From positions 1-64,000 of the forward strand of contig NMRA01000461.1 in assembly GCA_002633005.1 (NCBI GenBank): a DNA stretch of 64,000 nt, read 5' to 3'. Position numbers and translations under genes: made by a program. Under the pieces are notes generated by a model. The model had not been told where the DNA came from and made no database searches. It saw only the letters and a program-made list of their open reading frames with translations. Below, piece by piece: positions 1 through 10,710 of this stretch; the stretch's first letter is position 1; every line of letters begins with the position of its first letter. The stretch is from Phoronis australis (lineage: Eukaryota > Animalia > Phoronida).

Positions 1-3
1 AGC

Positions 4-1078
4 TCTTTTATCACTCCGGCTGGTCTGCTCACTCAGCTTGTCCGGAACCTGCTTTGCAGGTTGTTATAGCCCAGTTGGCTGTTTGGTGTACCCACTTGGT
101 ACTTTATATGATATTTGCCCATTTGGCAGTTTATACCCACTTGGTACTTGTTATTGAATTTGCCGTTTTGCTCGACTCAGTTGGTAGGCAATCGGCCAAT
201 ACCCATTTGGTATTATGTACCTATTTGGTACCTGTGCCACTTAGCATCCGATACTCAATTGTACTTTGGGTATTGGAAATGTGTGTGTTATCTCTTGTAA
301 TTAAGGAACCCATCTGGTTCCTTCTGTGAAACATTTATTTGTAGAGCTGTGACCCTGAAATTCCCAATACAACTTAAAATATACATTATTCTTGTTGTTT
401 TATTTGTCCCCAATAATGAGATTTATGGCACTCTGACATAAATCCTAATATTTGGGCAAATAACATTATACAGCCCTTCATGCTTCATATCCAACTCCTA
501 GTTAGTTCCTACCAAGTCCGATGGTAGCGCTGTTTGTTCTTTCTCTCCAGTTTCCTGTTGGCCCGGCCACAAGCAACGGTACGTTCACTCGTACGTTTTC
601 CTAATTAGCCAATTTTATACTTCTCCCACCCTCCCTACACTGGGTATTACGACATCTCCACTCAACCGATTCATACCTTTCCCACACACTCTCCCTTTTG
701 TCGAACAAAATCTGCTGTTGGTTATTGTTGTTTTTGCAGCCCCTGCTGGTAGCTTCTTCAGGCCCGGAGCGTGATACCGTCCGGCAAGAACCGACGTCAT
801 TGGCTAGCGACCCGACCTGTACTCGAGCATCCATCACTGTAGCTTGCTTCTCTCCACCCCGGTCACAGCTCTCGGCACATACTGAGCCACAACACCACGT
901 TCCTTGCAATATCTTTTTTATCACTCCGGCTGGTCTGCTCACTCAGCTTGTCCGGAACCCTGCTTTGCAGATTGTTATAGCCCAGTTGGCTGTTTGGTGT
1001 ACGTACCCACTTGGTACTTTATATGATATTTGCCCATTTGGCAGTTTGTACCCACTTGGTACTTGTTATTGAATTTGC
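4..1078. repeat. Direct repeat about 910 bp apart (4-165 and 913-1078) with internal ACCCACTTGGTA sub-repeats; unclassified, possibly retroelement terminal repeats
   Basis: Near-identical TCACTCCGGCTGGTCTGCTCACTCAGCTTGTCCGGAAC...GTTATTGAATTTGC occurs twice. Confidence 0.75.
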
Positions 1079-1102
1079 TGCTCTCAAGTTCCGGCAGTTA
1101 GT
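1079..1102 (-). CDS. FBXL6: Probable start of FBXL6-like exon 6 (TNCRNLRA), cut off by a repeat
   Basis: ggtttcag acceptor at 1104-1103, phase 0, LRR-like CxxL start. The sequence turns into the 913-1078 repeat after 8 codons. Confidence 0.45.
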
Positions 1103-1320
1103 CTGAAACCAGCCAAATGTTCAGAATAGAGTTTCAAACAAGAAATAAAGTCACTAGTGGACTAATGATTTTAATCACGACAGGGCATGGGTTTAAACAC
1201 TTAAGTGGACAACTGTCTATCAACAATGATCACATGGCAACTTAAGGCATAGAAAATATCACTACAGTATGCATTACTAGACTAAACCGGCAGCACAATG
1301 TGTCATTCCAAATTCAAATA

Positions 1321-2785
1321 CCGTACTTGTCCAGATTGCCGCCCAGGGTGCTTAAATTGGGAATCTAAAGAACAGGGGTGGGCGGTAAGCGGAGCATGGG
1401 CAGTTAAAATCAAAACTTTTGAGCTGGGATTGGGTGCTTACTGCACAATGGACCGATTTTACCCTCACGGGGCTACACTGAGGTCAGACTTGAAGCATAT
1501 CACTTAACATATTGAAGTAACGGAATTCAACGGCCTGAAGTGGAATAGCGCACATGATAAGTGGCACTTTGATCCTTAACATGATTGAGTTTTTACGCTG
1601 CCCGTCATCTCTTAGAATCAAGGTATTCCTACAGGTAGGCGTGCGTTCAGTAGGGCAAGTTTCTTGAGAGAACAGCATGATCACGCAAGACTGCACTAGT
1701 TAGAAATGCATGTTTAAGGAAAGCACATGATTTTATAAAGATTTGCTCCCTGCGAGAATTTGGTACTTGTACAAAGCAAGTACTCAACAATCCGATGATA
1801 CAACTATTAGGCAATAGGGGTCCTCGGTCGGCTGGAAAAATAACGAATCAAAAACACATCATGTAAAGTCATCAGGTAAATCAAGGGTTAAAAACAGTCA
1901 CGTTTTTGATCATATGAATGCAGACAGAATGGTTGTCTGGAGCTTAATGACAAGTTGATTTCCTGCGCTGTTGCTTTTGATTGGGCGCTTCCATTTTGGT
2001 GTCAGGAGTGAAAGTCATTAAAACATGCATTAAACCAAGACAGGGAACAGAGAGACCAGTTGCTTGTTACGATGGTTTGTGTCTGCTTGTACTCAAAACA
2101 ATGCCACAGTTTCGTCTTTTACTGTGCTGTACGTAGTTACCATCACTATAGATGTGACTAGGTACAATGTGTCGGTGAAGTGCCGCAGTGTTTCATTGAA
2201 CCTGGCAATACAATTATTCCTAAGCGGTTTCCATCCAAAATAACGTCGGTGAAGTTTCCAGTATCGTTGGTCATGCAACAGCCGAGTGTCCCCTTGGTTG
2301 TTCTTATTTCATTGCTCATGGCCGTGACCTTTCTTGTAATGTCAGGGGAAGTCACAAAATTATAGGCCGCGGACTTGAAATTCCTGTCAAGTACCACTTT
2401 GCTGGTTCTTCCACAGCGATGAAATAAATTTGTCTCAGTAATCACTCCATGCTGACACAAGTTCAGAGAGAGAGCCAAAGGAAACAATTGTGTCGCCTTC
2501 AGCAAAGAGCATGAGAATGTAAGTATTTTAAAACCATTAGCAAAGCAAGCTCCCGGTTCCACAAAAACTGACTGACAGTCACCGCAAGGTAAGTGAGTTG
2601 TGTACGTATTGCACTCTTGGATTTGTGCTACGAACGTTCACAAAAGCACAGACACTTTAATGAAGTCTTGATCAGGAAAAATCGGGGGTGGGCAATAAGC
2701 CGAGCAAGGCATACAAAAATGAAAAATTGAGAATTTTGGGGGTGGGTGGTAAGTTGAGCAAGGGCGGTGAATTGGATGAGTACAG
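1321..2785. mobile_element. Non-autonomous Tc1/mariner (pogo-like) DNA transposon
   Basis: TA flanks at 1319-1320 and 2786-2787; imperfect TIR CCGTACTTGTCCAGATTGCCGCCC versus CTGTACTCATCCAATTCACCGCCC; subterminal GGGCGG-TAAG-CGAGCA repeats. Confidence 0.6.
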
Positions 2786-2953
2786 TAAGCTTCAGTGCAC
2801 CAACATTCTGCAATATTTAATGTCAAAGCAGTAATCGCTCACTCAGACAACTAAATTTTGCTCAAACTGCTTTCAATTAATATAATTGATGAAATCATAA
2901 AATTCGCTTTCAGACTCTTAAAATAAAACGAGACATCTTGACTCTCAACTCAC

Positions 2954-3079
2954 CATTAACGATGTAAGCACTGATGAGCTGAGTGACATCACGGCATTGC
3001 GAGAAATGTCAAAATGGGTCAGATGTTCACCCATACTGTCAATGACAAACCTCAGGCACTTGGTGGACATGACATCACC
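2954..3079 (-). CDS. FBXL6: FBXL6-like coding exon 5 (LRR: GDVMSTKCLRFVIDSMGEHLTHFDISRNAVMSLSSSVLTSLM)
   Basis: attcag acceptor, GTGAGT donor, 126 nt, phase 0-0. Confidence 0.85.
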
Positions 3080-6000
3080 CTGAATTTCGTAGATACAAAC
3101 GTTCATAGAAACTGACTTATGCATAAACATAGCCAATACACTTTGCCAAGTTAACCATTCAACAGGAAGAAAGATGCATGCACACAACAATATAATTAGT
3201 CAGAACATTTCATGTTCATGGATGTCTTGTTTTCTTCCACACACCCAAAATACATCAACATACCACTACTTGTACTTAGTGTTAGTGTTTCAGAATTCAC
3301 CTTGGACACAGCTCTACCTGGTGAGAGAATGGACCTGGGTATAAAAGAGTTACTGGCAGTGTACTGTTTAATGATACATCAACACAGCTCCAACTGGTGA
3401 GAGAATGATACTAGGTATCAAATAGTTAATGGCAGAGTACAGTTTAATGACACCATACAGCTCCGCCTGGTGAGAGAACGGACCCAGGTATCAAAGAGTT
3501 ACTGGCAGAGTACTGATAAATGTTACATCAACAAACCTAGGTAATACATCAACACAGCTCCACCTGTTGAGAGAATGAACCTAGGTATGAAAGAGTTCCT
3601 GTCAGAGTGCTGTGTTCAATGTTACATCAACACAGATCTACCAGGTAAGAGAATGGACCTAAGTATCAAAGAGTTACTGGCAGAGTACTGTTTAATGATA
3701 CACCAACACAGCTCCACCTGGTGAGAGAATGAACCTAGGTATCACAGAGTTACTGTCGGAGTACAGTTAATGTTACATCAACTCAGAAACAACTGAAGTC
3801 TTGATGGTGACTGTTTATATTAATAATAGTAGGACTTTGTGAGATGATGTACTATAGTTTGTTGAGTAATTTTTATCAGTTGAACTTAGTTTGTGGGGAG
3901 GCGATCATTTTAGGTATTGCTTGTAAGGTCACTGATTATGCTTGATAGTCCTTAAGTCAAATGTCACGCATCGTATATTCGTATGTACATGAACGTAATT
4001 AGGACCAGATTTTCAGTGTATCACTCAGAAATTCATAATTCTCTCTATGTCAAACACGAAACTCAGGACAATTTGCAAAGCAACAGTGTGGTTAATGAAA
4101 CACGAACAAGAGCAATGCGGAGCATTGGAATGCGCCCACGAATGCACCACAAACAGTGTGCTTTTAGGGTTTGTTTGTATCATAAAAATGGCCATTAGAT
4201 GGCGCAAAATATGTCGAATTCAACCAAAATTGAGAACATGTCATCTTGTCTTAAGAAGAGAGGAATTTCACAAATTCCAGAAGGTTTAGGAGATAAAGCC
4301 ACGGGCGCAAAACAAAACAAAACTGCCACTAAGAGGGGCCACAGTTTTCAGTCATCAGAAAATTGTCGTCAGTTGTCTTCTTTATAGAAAGAATATACAC
4401 GTAAATTTTTACAATCATCATTAGACTGGTTCGGATGATAGAGGGGTGGACGACAAAAAATTAACAGAATCAAAAAGAGTAAAAATGGCCATTAGGTGGT
4501 GAAAATACGTCAAATCCATCCGCAAACGGGGAGTTAGCTTCATCTCACTAGTAGATGCCTATATACCAAATTTTATAAAAAATAATAATCCGTTGAAAAC
4601 CTTTGAAGATACAGAGGCAAACGTAAAAAAATAAAATTGCCACTAGGGGACACAACAAAAGTCAGATCCATCTGAAAGTTCGCTCATGTCATTCCATCCA
4701 TAAAAGGAATACTTTGTGTAAAATTTCAGGAACACACGTCAAAGGGTTATGGAAACCAAGCACTGGACACCAGACGGACGTGGATGACCGCATAATGCAT
4801 AAGACTATTTTAAACACAACAACATTTGTTATGAACTGGTTGCACAAACTAATTATAAAGTGTGTAACAAACATTATGGAAAGAAGCAAGTTAGTGTACA
4901 AACGGTGTGTACCTTAAACAAGTACAGTGTACGTCTCATAGTTTGTCACTGTAAGTGGAAGCCTGAGGACGCAGTGCTAGAGCATGCGCACTTTGGCAGA
5001 CAGATCGGAGGTTCAAGTCAATGGCAATAAACAATGTTATAGTTTTTAGATAATGCTTCAGAAAGGAATGAAATACTTGTTTTTAGAGGCTGAGACAACA
5101 TCCCCTCCCATTCGGCACTATGCGCATCTACAATGATCGTGCCTTACGCCATTGTTTACGAGACAAAGTGTTAGCCTCCTTTATGATATCCTAGATATGC
5201 CACGTGACTGTAAATACCTTGTGCCGCAAGTTAATGAAAATTAATGAACACTCGTATGCTATTTGAAAACAAGACTGAGTAATTCACTTACATTTGTTGT
5301 TGACAAATCAATATGCGCCAAATCTGGCAGACCCGCTACTATTCGACACAGGGAGTCACTTGACAGTTTCTTACACCCCGACAATATTAGTGACTTCAAT
5401 GTCCTGCACTTTGTCATAGCCTAGGAAATGAAGAAGTTTTGAGTAAAAATAATTATAAGTTTTGAGTAACAATTATTTCCGACAACTAGATAATACATCA
5501 ACTGTACCTCATGATTACAGACAGATGGCGCAGCAGTAGCAGAATAAGATACAGAATAAATCACAGATTTTTTAATAACATCTCATCCATGCACAACAAG
5601 GTTTAAACTGGCAGAAAAGATAGATCAAAAATGAGATGGAAAAAGTTTGCCATTACAAAAAATCTAAAATCAATAAAATATTTGTTTTATTTTATTTTCC
5701 GTGATGTATTAGTTGATGCGCATTGTATTTAATTAATTTGATGCCTACCTGGACACACCTGTCAGACATGTTGGCACGCATCCAACCAGTCAAGTTTAGT
5801 TCCTCCACCTGAGATAGCCGGTGGTCAACAAGCCATATCAGGCTGTGGTCAAACTTCCGTATGTAGCCATACGACAGGTCAACGTGTCTCCAAAGTGATG
5901 TCTTTAGGCTGGCCTCATACCAAAGTTTACACGTACGGGCTGCCCTGAAACACACCATTTGACTTTTGAGTACTACCAAAAATGATGAAATTATCTTCAA

Positions 6001-9000
6001 TTTGCCACCATATGAGTGAGGGTCACTCTGAAACAGACATCATCAGACTGAACTATACCAAAACCTTTAGAACTTCAACAAATGTAATGGCATAAGAGTG
6101 TCCTCAAGACAATACAGAGTGCGTAACTCCATTTCATACTCAGTCCAAACAGCGACATCTTCTGGTAAATACAGAATGTAAAGCAATATTTCATAATCGG
6201 TAGACATATGTTGGCTGGTCAATACAGAGTGCACAACACTATTTTATTTTCACATTATATGGTACATGTATATTGTAAGGTGGTAACCAATAGCTACATG
6301 TATTTGTATTAAAGGAAGCAGTTACTAGTTAAACCCTAGTGACGTTACCCACTGTGGATAAATAACCTGACACAATATGGAGGGAACTTAGCTACATGAC
6401 TGACTGAATCAAGTGCAATTCAGCTGTAATCCCTCCAACTGAAAGCAAGACTTGAGAGTTTAAAAAGGACTCGGCATGTGCAAGCTATGTTTCACTTGAT
6501 GGGTGCGTTTCACTGGGCAGAAGGTTCATATCATTTGCCAGATGGTGTGTTTCACTGGGCAGAAGGTGTGTTTCATTTGGCAGAAGGACTGTTTCACTAG
6601 GGCAGGTGTGTTTCACTGGGAAGAAGGTGTGTTTCACTGGACAGAAGGTGTTTCACTGGACAGAAGGTATGTTTCACTGGGCAGAAAATGTTTCACTGGG
6701 CAGTAGGTGTAGTTCACTGGGCAGGTGTGCTTCATTTGGCACAAGGTGTGCTTCAATAGGCAGGTGTGTTTCACTGGGCAGAAGGTGTTTCACTGGGCAG
6801 ATGGTGTGCTTCATTTGGCACAAGGTGTGCTTCACTGGGCAGAAGGCGTGTTTCACTGGGCAGGTGTGTTTCATTTGGAAGGTGTGTTTCACTGGGCACA
6901 AGGTGTGTTTCATTTGGCAGAATGTGTGTTTCACTTGACAGAAGATGCGTTTCACTTTGCAGAAGATGTATTGCAGTTGGCAGGTGTTTCATTTGGCAGG
7001 TGATGTTCACTTAGCATAAGGCATGCTTCTCATAGCACATATGTAACACACCACGGAGTAGAATGCAAAACCCCAAAGACTATCACTGTAATCAAAAACA
7101 CCCTCTTCCACTAGTGCACCTGTACTTCACTTACTACTGAAGCTGAACACATTTAGGTAACTCTCAAGATATAACCAACTGTCAGTACAGTACTGTACAC
7201 TACAATATAGTTTTCAAAATAAACTGGACAGTAGCAATATTCAGCAAAGTTTCAATTCATAAACTGCAACCAAATAGCCAGGTCGGCAATACAACCTCAT
7301 ATTGTGTTTGGCGAAATAGGAAAAATCTTAAGTCACCACTCTTACAATAATTACCCCGGAATTCATTCCAAAGCTCTATCGACTTCCACCATTTAAATTA
7401 CTAACACCTTTCCTAGATTCACTTCCTTTGATTCAAAGTGTTGTACCGATTATTTCATGAAATCAGTGAATTTTCCACCACAGAAGACAGTACACGTCAA
7501 ACAAGCACTTAGGTAACAACATGCAGTAAACAGATGGAAGTCAGATTTGTTCAGCAAAAATCAGGCAATATCAGTGCAGTAGGTGCCAGCAGTGTATGGG
7601 ATCATCTGCGTTGAACTTCTATGTTTGTTTGTTGGTGGGAGGAATGGGGGATAAATTGGAGAGGTACCTGTAAGACACAGAGAATGGGGCACAAGACAAC
7701 CGAACGTACAAACTGTCTTCAGTTGACGATAAAAATGCTGGATCAGCAACCTCAGAATATCATTTGGCGACCTCAGATTTCGTTTGGAGACATGGCTTTT
7801 TTGTCAAGTCACCAAATGTGACTTGGCGTTAACCTAAGCATTGAGCTCTGTACTTTGTTGAAATAGGAATAACTTATAAATGAAGTCTATTCACAGAGTA
7901 GGTCTGATAACATCATTCTCAGGTTTTGGTATATACTTATAGTGAGTTAGATAACTTATCAAGAAGGAAGTCTATTAACAGACTGGTCTAGGTGCAATGA
8001 CATCATAACCAGGTTTTGATACTCTAATATCATGAGTTCGAGAACTTATTGAGGAAGTTAATTCAAAGACTAGGTCTGATAACACCATCCCCAGGTTTTG
8101 AAATTTTAATATGGCCAGTTACTGTTCTAAATTACTCTAAAACCGTTGGGTTTATGCCATTCAAAATCTCAAAAATCCCAACGTCTGCGTCTGTGTTCTC
8201 CTTTGAATGTTTGTCAACGAATTACAAACCTGCATAAGAAAGGAACCGCACCTTCACTCTCCACGACAAAAGAGAAAACATGATGAAGCAACTCTATAGG
8301 CATGTGACCCCACCATCCCTGTTCTTGGACACACAGACCTCTGGCTCGTTTTGCTGTCTTCTTTGACTCCGAAGGTGAGTGGCCGTCTACTTCATGAGGA
8401 ACTTTTGATCTCAGCTGTCTTTTACGTTTGGCACAACTTTTGTTGACGACATGTCCTTCAGAACAACTAAATTCAAACAAACATGCAACAAGTGAACCGA
8501 CTCTAACAAAGACAGTACAGAAAGTGACCTAGTTCAAGAGAGCAGTGGTGTAGTGTATACACAGGGTTTTTTAAATGCCCAACCATGTCCCAAAATGACA
8601 TTTGCCTGGAACCCAATTTCTGGAAGAATGTTACAAACATATGAAATCACGGGCGGATCCCGGATTTGAAGTTAGGGGGGCCAGGACGCAGGAATAACCA
8701 GCATTTCAGCAGATGCGCGTGCCCAGCCTAAATTGTGGGGATGCAGGGGTCTCGAATTTTGGGTTTGCGGACTTGTTGACCAAGGAAAAAAACGTAAAGG
8801 GGGTTTGTTCAGGGTCGATGCATTGCTTATTTACCCCCCGAGCCCCCTTGGTTGCGCGTATGTGCTAGTCAGCCATTGGCATTCGAACTCCCAAGTGGTA
8901 TCTGGTAGGATTTTAGGGGACCATGGCCCCCTTGCCCCCCCCCCTAAATCCGCCACTGGACATGATTTCAATGCTAGGCAGAGTGTTCCATTTGTAAACA

Positions 9001-9851
9001 GTAAAAATGGTACTGGTTGGGGGATACGTACACTATCCAGTCAATCAACTTCAAATTTTGACCAATTACAAATGTATGGGATGGTCTCAATTTTTGTGCT
9101 GCCTCAACGTGTTGGTATGTTGCAAGCTGTCTTGAAAGATAGAGAACCTGCCTCTGCAACATCGATTGTCACATGACATGTCTTCTAGGATGTTTTAATA
9201 TCCTAAAAGTACTAGCCAAGTCCTGTGTGGCATTTCATTGCCCACAAATTTGATAAGTGACTCAAGATATTCCCAGTCATATCAAAACAATTGCTTGCTT
9301 AATAAAATTAATTTCCTTTCTACTGTTGACAGTTGAAAATTAAAATTTTTAAAATGGCCACTTGTAACACTGAAAATGCATGAAACTCATAGACAAAAAC
9401 ATGCATAAATTTCTCAAACATTTTGACAATTCTTTTTTTAATTTGCACAACAAAATAACTCTTTGCATATGAGATTCAGTTGGCATTTGGTAAGTGACCA
9501 AAAAAATTCATTTTAGACCGTAACACAGTCAACTCTCAAATATGGACCTTGATTGTGATTTAGCTGTTATGTCTTCAAATCAATCGTCAGGAAAAATCGA
9601 GAATGTTAGAGTCGGGGCAAAAGGCGGGGGCAACCTCCAATCACACCAAGACAACACGTTATAAAAAGGTAGTGAGAGTACATCGTGCTGTATAAAAGTA
9701 CAGAGTACAACATCACAAATTACCGTTCATCTTCAGGACAAAAGTCGTCATCAGAGCTGTCCGAGGGCCATTCCTCTCCGTCCCTCACTTGGAATGAAAA
9801 CAGGATCTGCTTTTTGGCATCTTGACGCACTCCCAGAATCCCTCTCTTCAT
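2954..9851 (-). CDS. FBXL6: F-box/LRR-repeat protein 6-like gene (spliced; 3' part incomplete in this window)
   Basis: Exons 9851-9724, 8466-8230, 5944-5749, 5420-5292 and 3079-2954 join in frame with GT-AG sites (phases 2,2,0,0). The F-box WWGHMPIELLHHVFSFVVESEGAVPFLCRAARTCKLWYEASLKTSLWRHVDLS matches the FBXL6-type F-box (GxxPFLxRAARxCxxW). It is followed by LRRs (LEELNL-like, LKSLILSGC, LTHFDISRN). Confidence 0.85.
3305..3785. repeat. Minisatellite, about 76-bp unit, about 6 copies (intronic)
   Basis: Unit CACAGCTCCACCTGGTGAGAGAATGGACCTAGGTATCAAAGAGTTACTGGCAGAGTACTGTTTAATGATACATCAA repeated head-to-tail. Confidence 0.9.
4105..4810 (-). mobile_element. HINE/DINE-1-like (Helentron-associated) interspersed repeat
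   Basis: AACAAGAG end with short hairpin CAATGC-GGA-GCATTG, internal ~150-bp sub-repeats, CAGACGGACG tract near the other end. Confidence 0.45.
5292..5420 (-). CDS. FBXL6: FBXL6-like coding exon 4 (LRR: AMTKCRTLKSLILSGCKKLSSDSLCRIVAGLPDLAHIDLSTTN)
   Basis: ttcctag acceptor, GTAAGT donor, 129 nt open frame with a cysteine-containing LRR pattern; absent from the ORF track. Confidence 0.88.
5749..5944 (-). CDS. FBXL6: FBXL6-like coding exon 3 (end of F-box, first LRR)
   Basis: tttcag acceptor, AARTCKLW...VEELNLTGW...CVQ|GTAGGC; 196 nt, phase 2 to 0. Confidence 0.9.
6488..7012. repeat. Minisatellite, about 19-22-bp unit (GGTGTGTTTCACTGGGCAGAA), about 25 copies
   Basis: Directly visible tandem array; it produces the repetitive CFTGQKV ORFs. 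Confidence 0.95.
8230..8466 (-). CDS. FBXL6: FBXL6-like coding exon 2 (basic NLS-like region and start of the F-box)
   Basis: tttag acceptor, 237 nt, ends GAVPFLCR|GTTTGT; lies within ORF 8214..8480. Confidence 0.88.
8649..8958. mobile_element. Short GGCGGATCC...ATCCGCCACTG-type interspersed repeat (MITE-like); related fragment at 52150-52248
   Basis: Inverted termini GGGCGGATCC / AATCCGCCACTG with G- and C-runs. Confidence 0.45.
9724..9851 (-). CDS. FBXL6: FBXL6-like coding exon 1 (MKRGILGVRQDAKKQILFSFQVRDGEEWPSDSSDDDFCPEDER)
   Basis: ATG at 9851, acceptor AG about 15 nt upstream, donor GTAAAT after 9724. Phase 2 joins the exon at 8466 in frame. Confidence 0.75.
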
Positions 9852-10601
9852 GACACGCTCTTTTGTCTGTTATGACAACAAGCAGGTCAATTATCTACCA
9901 GGCTTATTACAGACCACATGTGAACACAGTCAAACTCAGAGTGAATTGGTGAATTCGTCAGGTGTCTGCTTCTGACATCTAGAAAGCTAATTGTGAATAG
10001 ACACGCAGCCAAAATGTCAAGGTTGAAAGTTAAGCATGTTCATAACAGTAATAACATTGATACTTCCAAAGTTGTTGTAAGTCTATCCTCACGTACCATC
10101 ACTATGATAATGAAACTAATGCTTCTCAGTAGATCTAGAGGGCTAAAGCACCCACAGTATTTAAAGCTTTGCGCCAAGGCTAGCTGGTCGGCTACCCCCT
10201 AAGGCCCTCTAAGCCATCGCAAATGCATTTCCAACAACGTGACTTTTAACAGGCCCTGATTAAATCAGGGTGGAACATAATATTCGTCGAAAAGCTTTCA
10301 GCGCACGGTGGTCACTGTCTAATCAATCAGCAACTTGACGAGACTGGCGAGTCTCTAAGCAATGACCTTCGCCTCTGCTGGCCCTAACAGTCAACTGAGT
10401 GATAGGGCCAGCGATGCCGCGCGATTGTCATTGCTCAGCGAGTCTCTCTGGCCACTGGACGACGGTGGGTCTAGACAAGTCGGCGATTAGAACAAATAGG
10501 TCACATTCCTAACACCGAATAAGGCTCCTGGGTGGCTAAACTTTCTAAAACGGCACACATTTAACGACCTTTAAAGGTAAATTATTGACAATAAAACTCA
10601 C

Positions 10602-10680
10602 GACGTCGATGTCAACTGTCTCAACGTTGTCCGACAACTGCCAAGGATGAGTGCGAAATATGGGTCAACATTGTGACCTA
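10602..10680 (-). other. Probable non-coding first exon / TSS region of the FBXL6-like gene
   Basis: Consensus donor GTGAGT (plus-strand actcac, 10596-10601) in a CpG-richer patch; pairs with the acceptor at 9868-9867. The 5' end is uncertain. Confidence 0.4.
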
Positions 10681-10692
10681 ATGACATATAAA

Positions 10693-10710
10693 CAGCGGCG
10701 CCCTCAAGCG
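10693..10710 (-). promoter_or_regulatory. CTCF-like motif near the FBXL6-like promoter
   Basis: Minus strand reads CGCTTGAGGGCGCCGCTG, resembling the CTCF core CCRCNAGRKGGCRS; motif match only. Confidence 0.3.

Noticed and set aside
2788-2810. Alternative FBXL6 exon 6 start (attgcag|NVGALKL) beside the TA element
   Set aside because: Less LRR-like than TNCRNLR at 1102, and the acceptor has a poor pyrimidine tract; cannot be fully excluded.
3305-3785. CRISPR-like regular repeat array
   Set aside because: The whole 76-bp unit repeats with no unique spacers, there are no cas genes, and the context is a eukaryotic intron.
6503-7014. Cys/His-rich repeat proteins in the ORF track
   Set aside because: They are translations of a minisatellite, open on both strands, with no splice or domain support.
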